Source: Eledone cirrhosa (Eukaryota). From it: a stretch of 64,000 nucleotides of DNA. The stretch lies in assembly GCA_964016885.1 (NCBI GenBank), contig OZ024744.1, positions 66,588,001-66,652,000 on the forward strand, read 5' to 3'. This document shows positions 53,401-64,000 of the stretch, piece after piece. Both the position numbers and the translations under genes were made by a program. The notes below the pieces were generated by a model. It did no database searches. It was not told where the DNA came from and was given only the letters and a program-made list of their open reading frames with translations. Within the stretch, counting starts at the first letter, position 1. Each line of letters starts with the position of its first letter.

Positions 53401-54585
53401 GGAGTGAGGTTTTTTTGTGTTTGTTTGCATATAAGGAGCATTGTCACATATCCTATGTTTTTTCGTAGGTCAGCAATCTTTTTTTCTATTTTAGTTATAT
53501 ATGATGGTTTTTTGGTGGTGTTCTGGTCTTGTTAATATCTCTGCTATCACCAAGATAATGCTTAACTGTCGTTGCTAGGGCATATAAACAGGCGTTGATT
53601 TGCCAAAATGTTGGGGTTTTTATTCGTTGTAAATATTCATCCCCTATTTCGTCAATAACACGTAATATTTCATTATTTGGTTTTTTATTAAATATTGTTG
53701 TTTTAATACGTTCAACAAGAGAGATATGTGTACATGAATTAATTTCTCTCTGGAAGATTTCGTTGAGGGAAATTTTCAATTGTTTATACTTTTGATTATT
53801 ATCATTATTAATAGTATTTTCCACAAAAAGTCGAGGTAGACTCGGATGGTACATGTGGTGTCAAATTTCTTCGATTATTATTATTATCGATAGTCTTTTC
53901 CCCAGCATTCGAGGTAGACTTAGATGATACAGGTGGTGTCAAGTTTCTTACAGGCATAGTTGTTTCAAGGCGCTGTTCGACCTGGCTGCTAGGAAGTCTA
54001 GTAGCATGGCGACCTGTAGCACGTGTTGTTGATAACATGTTTGTTGTGGGGGACTTACAATTAATAATATTTATCTTATTTTTACGTTCAACAAACGTGG
54101 CTTGTTGGTGTAATTGTTTCGCTGTGAAATAATTTAGCTCTGGGTGCATTTCCTCCCAGTTTAGCTTCATTCTATTCATATAGCCAATGGAGGGATTGTT
54201 TTTTGCCATTTTATAACAATTAAATAAATCATTATTAAGTTCGCAACTCCAAGAGAAATGCGATTTATAATTTCGGTCTCTTCTGTAGCTACAACTGAAT
54301 AAAGTTTGATTACCTTTCTTGTTGGTTGTCTTCGGTACTTCCTTAATGTTGTTATTGATGTTGTGTTCAGCCATGCTGTTTGTAGCAAATCCTTGTAAAA
54401 TGAATTAGGTATTTAGTCGGATATCTCTACGAATTCGAATAAAAGGTGTCTTCAGAAGATATAGTTAGAAGAATAACCAGTTATTCAATATGACTGTAGT
54501 TGTGGCATTACTGTCGGAGATAGTATTCATCTTAAATTTAATAAATAGTCTCCCACGCTAAAATTTGCGACTGATCGCGTTGACT
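50452..54585 (-). mobile_element. R4/Dong-type RLE LINE, apparently full length, multiply frameshifted
   Basis: NYRPIAC, WLDYRKAFDSVPHSW, GIFQGDSLS, FFVDDLKLY, CRHC..H...C, RPD..VEISC; (TATG)n at both ends. Confidence 0.92.
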
Positions 54586-55230
54586 GTATGTATGTAAGTA
54601 TGTATGTCCTTATGTATGTGTATGTATGTATCCATGTATGTATATATGTATGTAATTATGTATGTATGTATGTGTGTGTGTTGGTTGGTAGGTAGGTAGG
54701 TAGGTAGGTACCTACCTACACATACATATATACACACACATAGATACGTACATACATATATATATGCATACATACATATATATCTTAACCCTCCCCCCTA
54801 TCTCCCAACTTCTGTCCGATTTCCATCTCTCTCTCTTACTCTCTTTCTATCAATTAATCTATCTATCTATCTAGCTGGCCCGTCAGCCCCACTATATCAT
54901 TACCTACCTTTCTGTTACGAAATGCTTTCGTCTATCCATCTTTTTAACATATATGTTTATACACACACACACACATGTATGTATATATGTAATATGTATA
55001 TATATATATATGTGTTTGTGTGTGTATGTATATATATATGTATATAAATATATGCATATATATATATGTGTATATGTATATGAATATGTATATGTGTATA
55101 TATATGTATATATATATACATATATATACACACATATATATATACATGTATATACATATATATATGTATATACACATATATATACATGTATATACATATA
55201 TATATATACATACATATATCTATCTATCTA

Positions 55231-55283
<53 letters not shown>

Positions 55284-55332
55284 TTACATATATATATATA
55301 TATATGTATATATATACATATATATGTATATT

Positions 55333-55380
<48 letters not shown>

Positions 55381-55386
55381 CATATT

Positions 55387-55433
<47 letters not shown>

Positions 55434-55532
55434 ATATATAAATATGCATATATATATATATATGTATATGTATATGAATATGTATATGTATATTTATGTA
55501 TATGTATATACATAAATATGTATATGTATATA

Positions 55533-55586
<54 letters not shown>

Positions 55587-55646
55587 ATAATGATAATAAT
55601 GGAGCTGCGGCGTTGCAAATGGGATACATATGAAAAAGTGAGTCCT

Positions 55647-55711
55647 TCATCAGTGACCCTCCAACCGTCGTCGGCATTTCATCGCTTTAAGGGCCATATG
55701 CCTCAGGTTGG
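55647..55711 (-). ncRNA. Rearranged hammerhead candidate (family B), copy 1
   Basis: Reverse complement of 56637-56701; a further copy lies at 56433-56497. Confidence 0.7.
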
Positions 55712-56636
55712 TGCGAACAACGGCTAAAAAAAGTCGTTGGGACACGTAAATAAAGGGGGACGCTAGAGTAACAACAAAAAGGTTTAAGCAACGGAAAGTG
55801 AGTAGAAATAGACAAGTCCCAGATCTCTATGAATATAAACTCTGTGAAATCGTGAACAAGAGACGAAAGACCATCAGACCTGGTTGAAATGTGAGCAAGG
55901 AAAGAATTTCGCCCAAGTTTGACGGGGGGGAAAAAAGAGAGAGAGAGAGAAAGAAGAAGAAGAAGAAGAAGAAGAAGAAGAAGAAGAAGAAGAAGAAGAA
56001 GAAGAAGAAGAAGAAGAAGAAGAAGAAGAAGAAAAAGAAGAAGAAGAAGAAGAAGAAGAAGAAGAAGAAGAAGAAGAAGAAGAAGAAGAAGAAGAAGATA
56101 AGGGGGTCTGGTCTACGAATTCGGTAAACGCAAGTTTTGTGAAGTCGCAGACGAAAGAGAGAGAGAAAAAAATTCCATACCAGCTCGGTCAAGACTGCGC
56201 GAGAAAAGAATTACACACAGGTCAAACTTGAAGGAGGAGGAGGAGAGGTAGTGACAGAGAATGAGTGAGTGAAAGTTGAGGAGAGAGTAACAGAGAGGGA
56301 GACTGCTAGAAGTGGTAAAGATACAAGGAACGAAACAGACGAAGGCAGCATGGAAAAGTTATATGTGTAAATATGATGATAATAATGGAGCTGCGGCGTT
56401 GCAAATGGGATACATATGAAAAGGTGAGTCCTTCATCAGTGACCCTCCAACCGTCGTCGGCATTTCATCGCTTTAAGGGCCATATGCCTCAGGTTGGTGC
56501 GAACAACGGCTAAAAAAAGTCGTTGGGACACGTAAATAAAGGGTACTCACTTTCCGTTGCTTAAACCTTTTTGTTGTTACTCTAGCGTCCCCCTTTATTT
56601 ACGTGTCCCAACGACTTTTTTTAGCCGTTGTTCGCA

Positions 56637-56701
56637 CCAACCTGAGGCATATGGCCCTTAAAGCGATGAAATGCCGAGGACGGTTGGAGGGTCACTGATG
56701 A
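56637..56701 (+). ncRNA. Rearranged (non-circularly permuted) hammerhead candidate, family B
   Basis: ggcat-A-tggccctt-aaagcgat-GAA-atgcc..gagggtca-CTGATGA: stems III and I pair in exact hammerhead register, but the strand order is crossed. Confidence 0.7.
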
Positions 56702-56712
56702 AGGACTCACTT

Positions 56713-56752
<40 letters not shown>

Positions 56753-57014
56753 TTATATGCATATATATGTGTATATATATATATATGTATATACACAGTT
56801 CGAGAGTAAACCAATCTTAAAGAGAGAGATGGAGATAGGAGAGGAGAAGAGAGGTTGGTGAAGGTGTTAGAAGCCAAAAGCGTAAAGGCATGTGCTCGAT
56901 GTGCAATATGCAGTGGAAGGCAGCTAGAGTGCTGGGTTCATGCAGAGTTAGGTACACAGAGCTAGAAATATTTATTAGTTAAGCAAAACAATTGTAAACG
57001 GACATTATCATTGT

Positions 57015-57205
57015 GGGGTGGATTGGCAGTATCGGTAGAGGGTCGGACGCCATGCTTTCCAGCATAGTTACGTCCCTTTACGATCTGAGTTCAAATCACG
57101 CCGAGGTTGACTTTGCCTTTCATCCTTACGGGGTCGATAAAATAAAGTACCAGTAATGCACTGGGTTATTGCTGGCCTTGTGCCTAAAGTAGAAACAATT
57201 ATTAT
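57015..57205 (+). mobile_element. tRNA-derived SINE, full length
   Basis: A-box tggcagtatcgg, B-box gagttcaaatc, (ATT)n tail. Confidence 0.92.
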
Positions 57206-57335
57206 TACTATTCCTTACATTAAACTATAATTACACTCTTTATTCCTTACATTAAACTACAACTATGTTGACGCTCTTTAAATAACGTCTTTCTTGTGAA
57301 TTTGTGGTCTTGTTTTGCTTAACTAATAAATATGT

Positions 57336-57397
<62 letters not shown>

Positions 57398-57532
57398 GTG
57401 TGTGTGAACAAATATACACACACACAAACACATACGAGAATGAGTAATTTCAATCACGTAAACACAACAAATGCACATATACACATACTTAGATCTATAT
57501 TATTTAAGTGTTCGAAACAACGCCGTTCCTTC

Positions 57533-58264
57533 TACCACCATCAACACCTCTACCATCACCATCACCACCACCAACACCATCACAAACACCAACACCACTA
57601 CCATCACCATCACCACCACCAACACCATCACCAACACCAACACCATTTACCATCACCATCACCACCACCAACACCATCACCAACACCAACACCATTTACC
57701 ATCACCATCACCAACACCACCACCAACACCACTACCATCACCACTACCATCACCATCACCAAAATCATCACTGTTGCCGCCACTATCTCTGACACCGCCA
57801 ACATCATCACAGCCACCACCACCACCACCACCGCCGCCACCTCCACCGGCAACATCACCACTGTGGTCGCCACCACCACCACCACCACCACCACCGCCGC
57901 CACCGCCACCACCACCACCACCAACACCACTCCAACACCTATGCCGTCGTCCCTTTCCAAAGAATGTTATTTGTTTTCCTGCCCCCTATACATCACCCCT
58001 CCAACACGCTTTCACACACACACACACACACACGTACACACGTACACACACATATATATATACACATACACACACGTATTGACACACCAAAAACACACAT
58101 TGTTTCACACTGACACACACCTACAGTTACACACACAAACGCACACACATATACACACACATATACACATACGCATACACACACCAACTTACAAAGTCAC
58201 ACCTACCCTCTCATACACACCAACTCACACACACATGTACTAATGCACTCATACACGTACGTTG

Positions 58265-58297
<33 letters not shown>

Positions 58298-58904
58298 TTC
58301 ACCTACGCACAAAAACACACATCTACATCGACACACATACACACCAATACACTCGCACATCTACACTGACCCCCCCTCCATACACACACACACACTCACC
58401 TTTACACACATATACACTCTTCACCCCCCCCCCATCCACACACATACACCTTAACCCCCCCCCCCCCCATACACACACACACACACACCTATATCGACGC
58501 ACACACCGACATACACACCTTGCCTTGCTAACGTTTAATGTCTCTTTTCCTTTTTCTCTCTCGTGTCTATTGCTTCTTCTTCTTCTTCTTCTTCTTCTTC
58601 TTCTTCTTCTTCTTCTTCTTCTTCTTCTCCTTCTTTCTTCTTCTTCTTCTTCTTCTTCTTCTTCTTCTTCTTCTTCTTCTTCTTCTTCTTCTTCTTCTTC
58701 TTCTTCTATTTCTTCTTCTTCTTCTTCTTCTTCTTCTTTCTTCTCTCTTCTCTTCTTCTTTCTTCTTCTTCTCTTTCTCTTTCTTCTTTCTTCTCAGTTC
58801 TTCTTCCTCTTCTTCTCTCTTCTCCTTCTTCTTCTTCTTCTTCTTCTTCTTCTTCTTCTTCTTCTTCTTCTTCTTCTTCTTCTTCTTCTTCTTCTTCTCC
58901 TTCT

Positions 58905-58939
<35 letters not shown>

Positions 58940-58947
58940 TTCTTCTC
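57533..58947. repeat. Low-complexity tract: (ACC)n, CA-rich, then (CTT)n at 58573-58947
   Basis: Direct inspection. Confidence 0.9.
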
Positions 58948-59317
58948 TAATCACATAATATCACCCATCCCTCCACCCGTCCTCCCTCTTTTATTTCTTT
59001 CGCCGTCTCACAAGTTTCTCTTCTCTTCTCTTATCCTTTCTTTTCTTTTTTCCCCTTCCCCCTTCTCTCCCCTCGCAGAGTCCCATCATCCACCCCACCT
59101 ACCTACCCCCACCACATCTTGTCTCTATCTCCTTTCCATATAGTGGGGTCACTATAAGTTCATTTACTGCAGCAGCAGCAAGCCCCTAACTAACACATTT
59201 CCAACATTCTACACACAGTCGATCAGACCAATTCCTAAATTACAATTCCCAATTACAGTTACGCTTTTCTGTGTGTGTGTGTGTAAAACTGTGTGTAAAA
59301 CTTTGTTTTAAAAACTT

Positions 59318-59425
<108 letters not shown>

Positions 59426-59516
59426 TGAAAAACAAACAATATATATATATATATTGTTTTTTTTTCACTTATGTGTTTTTGATAGCGGAAGAGTGTGTGT
59501 GGGTAGAATTTAATTT

Positions 59517-59625
<109 letters not shown>

Positions 59626-59677
59626 ATACACACACATATATAAATATATGTATATATTATATATGTATATATATATT

Positions 59678-59747
<70 letters not shown>

Positions 59748-60005
59748 TATGTGTGTGTGTATGTATGTATGTAGGTAAGGTAGTATTCAAATGAAACTTC
59801 AGCCGTAGGAACTCATCAATCTCCCAGGTTCTCCAATGGAAGGGGAATTATAAAGAATACGAAGACTACAGACCTTCCCTTATAATTCTACTTCTACAGA
59901 AGAAACTAGGGGAATTGATGATTTCGCGTGGCTGATATTTGATTTGAATTATGGAATTATCTATCCATCTATCTAATTGCAGGCTCATATACTAACTTCC
60001 GTCGC

Positions 60006-60129
<124 letters not shown>

Positions 60130-60570
60130 GACAAAAAAGGTTGACGAAGACAATGGAAAATATAGGACAGACACTCACTGCTTATCAGTTTACCGCTGGA
60201 AGTCCCCGTGGTTTCGGTACTTTTATGGTCGATGCCGCTAGCTTCAGGGCATGTGGGACAGTAACAAATAAACTCAAGACAGGACGATTGGTCTTTCGAC
60301 TGTTTACAAGCAAAATTTACCTCAAACTAATTTTGAAACAGCATACAAGAAGCAGAGAGAGAAAGGGGGAGGAACAGAGAAAGTGAGGAAAAGGAATAGA
60401 GTGGGGAACAGAACGCAGGCGGAAGGTGAAGTATTCCTCCATTTGGACAGACAATGATCCGAGAGTGTATGTGAGAAAAGAAAAAGGGTATACATACTTA
60501 TATATATATATATATATATGACAAAAGACCAAGGTTCATAATTTAAATTTTAAATTTATTCTCTAATTTC

Positions 60571-60681
60571 TACGTCCGTTTCGATACGGTTAAATTGGTA
60601 CATGCATATGTAAACAAGTAGAAATAATTATCAATTATTCACACTATACATAATACCTATAACTGCATTTCTTCAGGGTAT
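60571..60681 (-). ncRNA. Decayed hammerhead-like motif with long stem II
   Basis: tacc-CTGAAGA-aatgcagtta..taaccgtatc-GAAAC; cleavage site corrupted. Confidence 0.35.
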
Positions 60682-61042
60682 CAAGAATAGATTTCATATC
60701 AAACACTGAGCGTGAAGTAAGCAATTCAAATTAAAAAGAACATATTCTGTACCTGGAATTATTTAATATCAAGAATTCTTGATACCATTTGAACATTCCC
60801 AAGTAACATTCCCAAGTAACAACAAAACAAAACAAAAAATACTGTTTGGATGGCCGTTGACTCTGCTGAGTTCCATCGCCACTTGCCAGGCGTTGTATTT
60901 CATCCCGCAGAGTGTCCAAAAATCACCCTCCTCACCAAGCAAGCTTGGAGACAGGTTATACGCAGTTACATGTAACCAGTAGCACTCGAGTGCGACCTGA
61001 CACACACAGGCACACGCACACACACACATATATACTAAGATA

Positions 61043-61229
61043 ATAATTGTTTCTACTTTAGGCACAAGGCCAGCAATTACCCAGTGCATTACTGGTACTT
61101 TATTTTATCGACCCCGTAAGGATGAAAGGCAAAGTCAACCTCGGCGGGATTTGAACTCAGACTGTAAAGGGACGTAACTATGCTGGAAAGCATGGCGTCC
61201 AACCCTCTACCGATACTGCCAATTCACCG
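61043..61229 (-). mobile_element. tRNA-derived SINE, full length
   Basis: Close to 46428-46616. Confidence 0.9.
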
Positions 61230-61231
61230 AT

Positions 61232-61413
61232 AATAATAAATGGAAACTGTATTTATAAAACCATATTTATTTTATTATATATATTTCAAGGGCGACCATG
61301 CCAACCTTGGTGCGCTTTCATCAGAGAAAATACACTCCAGTAATTTGTTGAGTGCTCTAAATCAGTTATAAACATTTATGTTTGTCGGAATTCCAACAAA
61401 TTAAATACAATTC
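61232..61413. mobile_element. Family D end: minus-strand hammerhead arm joined to plus-strand tail
   Basis: Matches 40355-40450 then 40597-40678. Confidence 0.7.
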
Positions 61414-61526
<113 letters not shown>

Positions 61527-61557
61527 TATATATTTTCAGGTTTAATTAAAACTCCGT

Positions 61558-61627
<70 letters not shown>

Positions 61628-61785
61628 TATATATATATATATAAGATTTTCGCACTACATCAGTGAATACAATAAATGAAATCTGAGTTTTTTCGAATAT
61701 TAATAATAATATTCGATTCGTTTGCAAGAGGCTGTTTGCATAATTGCAAACGAATCGAATATTATTATTAATATTCGAAAAACTC

Positions 61786-61834
<49 letters not shown>

Positions 61835-61838
<4 letters not shown>

Positions 61839-61972
61839 GTTGATGCCCTAAGGACAGACACTGGTCTGTTGGAGATGCAGGATATGGCAGCGATAATGAG
61901 GGACAGAGACCGCTGGAGAGAACTCGTCCATGGATCTCGGGAATTTTACCCGCCTTAGATAGATGGATAGAT
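61835..61972 (+). mobile_element. Extreme 3' end of the RTE family seen at 6030, with (TAGA)n tail
   Basis: [30 protein letters not shown]. Confidence 0.85.
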
Positions 61973-62013
61973 ATACTGTATATAACGAAGTTTTAATTAA
62001 ACCTGCATATATA

Positions 62014-62046
<33 letters not shown>

Positions 62047-62305
62047 CAGGTCGCTCTCGAGTGCGACTGGTAACATGTAATCCAGTTATACGTATTTCAC
62101 TGAGGACTATCAGTTAAGATAGCCGAAGCTCTTCAGACGGCAAAACCTGAAATAAACATTGAAAGTTCCTAAGAAACCTTTAAATTTTGAAGAATCCAAT
62201 AATTTCCCGGAAAAGGTTTTCCTTTCATCATACAGGGGCCTTCTGAGCGCGTGGTGTTGTTTTTTTGACAGCCTCTCTCTCTATATATATCATATATATA
62301 TATAT

Positions 62306-62949
62306 ATGAAAAATATGAAAACATGGCGTGCTGCGTGGTTGCAAATGGATTACATATGAATAAAACTAGTCCTTCATCAGTGATCTTCCAACCTTCATTG
62401 GTATTTCATCGCTTTAAAGACCATATACCTCTGGTTGGTGCGAGCAACGGCTAAAGAAAGTCGTTGGGACACGTAAATAGGGGGAACAAGCGACATAGTA
62501 ATCAAACAAAGATAGTAATGCAACGAAAAGTGAGGAAGAAGGAATCAAGTCCCTGAAATCGATGAACATGAGTTCTGTGAAATCGTGGACGAGAGAGAAT
62601 AAAGACCATCAAACCTGGTCGAAGTGTGAGGAAAGAATCTCGCACAGGTCAAACGGGAGGAAGTAGGAGAGGGAGTAGCAGAGAGTGAGTGAGTGAAAGT
62701 GTGAGGAAGAGGCTAACAGAGAGAGTGACTGGTAGAGGGGGTAAAAGGAAGTGAGAGATACACAGAGAAGGGGAAGCAGTCAGAAAGAAACAGACGGGTC
62801 ACAGCGGAGGAAAATATATATGAAAAATATGAAAACATGGCGTGCTGCGTGGTTGTAAATGGGTTACATATGAATAAAATTAGTCCTTCATCATCTCAAG
62901 AGCGTGAAACTAATAAACCTTTGTTCGTACTGCCTCTCTGTTTTGTTCC
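62306..62949 (-). mobile_element. Diverged family B copy (period 514 bp) ending in an inverted Neptune-PLE terminus
   Basis: 62306-62379 repeated at 62820-62893; 62894-62949 is the reverse complement of 10056-10111. Confidence 0.85.
62374..62438 (-). ncRNA. Rearranged hammerhead candidate, diverged copy with compensatory changes
   Basis: ggtat-A-tggtcttt-aaagcgat-GAA-atacc..gaagatca-CTGATGA. Confidence 0.7.
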
Positions 62950-62974
62950 GCATATATAACCGCATATATATATA

Positions 62975-63171
62975 TAACAAAGAGGGTGTGGTAATATACC
63001 AGGTGGACCATAACGCACCAGAGTACTCAATACTTAGGATAGTAGAGTGGGTAATATGAAAAGAGTCAGGATCTCGACGGCTGAGCCCCAGCCGTTTCGA
63101 CAGCTAGATTCGAAATTTAGATCTACCTGTCGAAATGGCCGGAGCTCAGCCGTCGAGATCCTGACTCTTTT
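62975..63171. mobile_element. Fold-back PLE-type end, family J
   Basis: Inverted arms centred near 63114; GAAA-cggctg..cagccg-TC; tail shared with 43940-44016. Confidence 0.75.
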
Positions 63172-63220
<49 letters not shown>

Positions 63221-63484
63221 GGGTTATGTTTCCGAGGGAATCCAAATTGAATCGTGTCATATTACAGGCCTAGATGGGGTCATTGTTTGGTTGAGAGGGG
63301 GTCCTGCCTAGGCGAGTTTCGTAGAACTCTGCGGTAGTTGATGGTCAACTTCCTTCGGACCTGTGCCTGTGCAGACCGGTGGGAGTAAATTGGGACTCAC
63401 AAGGGAACGGGCGAAGAACCCAAGAGCACACGCTTTGTCCATTCCCATGTCGATTCCATTTGGATTACCTCGGAAACATAACCT
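63221..63484. mobile_element. MITE with about 34-bp TIRs and TA duplication
   Basis: TA|gggttatgtttccgagggaatccaaattgaatcg and cgattccatttggattacctcggaaacataacct|TA. Confidence 0.8.
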
Positions 63485-63497
63485 TATTATGTAACAA

Positions 63498-63572
63498 GCT
63501 GTCTGATGATGTCACGGTACTGGGCGCACCGAACCGTGTGGCCACTGTCGTCATTGAAATATGTATCACAGC
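63498..63572 (+). ncRNA. Type I hammerhead motif (family I) followed by a PLE-type tail to about 63700
   Basis: gctgt-CTGATGA..GAAA-ta tg ta-TC-acagc; base of stem II irregular. Confidence 0.6.
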
Positions 63573-64000
63573 ATTATTATTAAAGGACTTTAACATCTGA
63601 AACTACTTCGCTTTTTCTCATTCGATATATACTCCGTCACTCCTATGTGGAAAAATTACGTTGAGTGCTTGAATTGAATTGCATCAATATTTACCTTAAG
63701 TATATATAAATATACATATATATATATATATACATACACACACAATCACAAACACATGCTTACGCACGTGCACCAGTATAGCTCTTTTTACAAAACGTTT
63801 TTTTTTCCATTTTAGGTTGACGCGCTCAATAATCCACTTTTCTAAAAAATAAATCATACACAAAACGCCAGCAGCAATAGTTTTGCAAAAGATGTCAACA
63901 TGAATGACCTGTTATTTTTATCTAAAGAAATGTTTTCCAATTCCATCCCGCCCGTACCCTCAATCTATCATATTTCTCATTCTTTCTTCTGATGAAGTAC

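Larger units (their letters stand above)
55590..56720 (-). mobile_element. Family B ORF-less element: partial tandem (55590-55757 = 56376-56543) plus inverted end (56544-56720)
   Basis: Repeats read directly; (TA)n flanks; homologous to 62306-62893. Confidence 0.88.

Noticed and set aside
56650-56670. Pistol- or HDV-like ribozyme reading of ggcccttaaagcgatga
   Set aside because: Required partner strands and conserved positions are absent; the opposite strand turns G.U pairs into mismatches
56641-56680. SECIS-like reading of the family B hairpin (UGA..AAA..GA)
   Set aside because: Helix II pairs poorly, the motif is not conserved in the 62.4 kb copy, and the element has no ORF; the hammerhead reading explains the covariation better
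57015-57090. tRNA gene candidates from A/B boxes
   Set aside because: They are heads of a multicopy SINE; no complete cloverleaf
59790-59946. Degenerate inverted repeat
   Set aside because: Too diverged to classify as a MITE or PLE fold-back

Overview
AT-rich, microsatellite-dense animal DNA. The SINE repertoire and the (TA)n/(CA)n load suggest an octopus or other cephalopod, but this is inference. No host gene exon is recognisable, and almost every long ORF in the track is either a microsatellite artefact or a transposon remnant. The window holds three coding lineages of Penelope-like elements (PLEs; Nematis-like, Neptune-like and a third GIY-YIG family called A here) and many short ORF-less PLE-type ends and fold-backs sitting in (TA)n. 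It also holds three head-to-tail Tx1/L1-type LINEs in (TATC)n, R4/Dong-type RLE LINEs in (CATA)n, RTE fragments, a tRNA-derived SINE family, Helitron remnants, MITEs and a non-autonomous LTR element. Reading by hand gives about a dozen distinct hammerhead-ribozyme (HHR) motif families at PLE-type ends. The most notable is family B (55.6-56.7 kb and 62.3-62.9 kb), an ORF-less tandem-plus-inverted element whose hammerhead strands lie in a non-circularly permuted (pseudoknotted) order, supported by compensatory base changes between two diverged copies. One B copy is fused to the exact 3' terminus of the Neptune-like PLE, which suggests its mobilising partner. Family letters (A-J) are my own labels. 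Coordinates were read by eye and element ends are approximate. No ribozyme activity has been tested.
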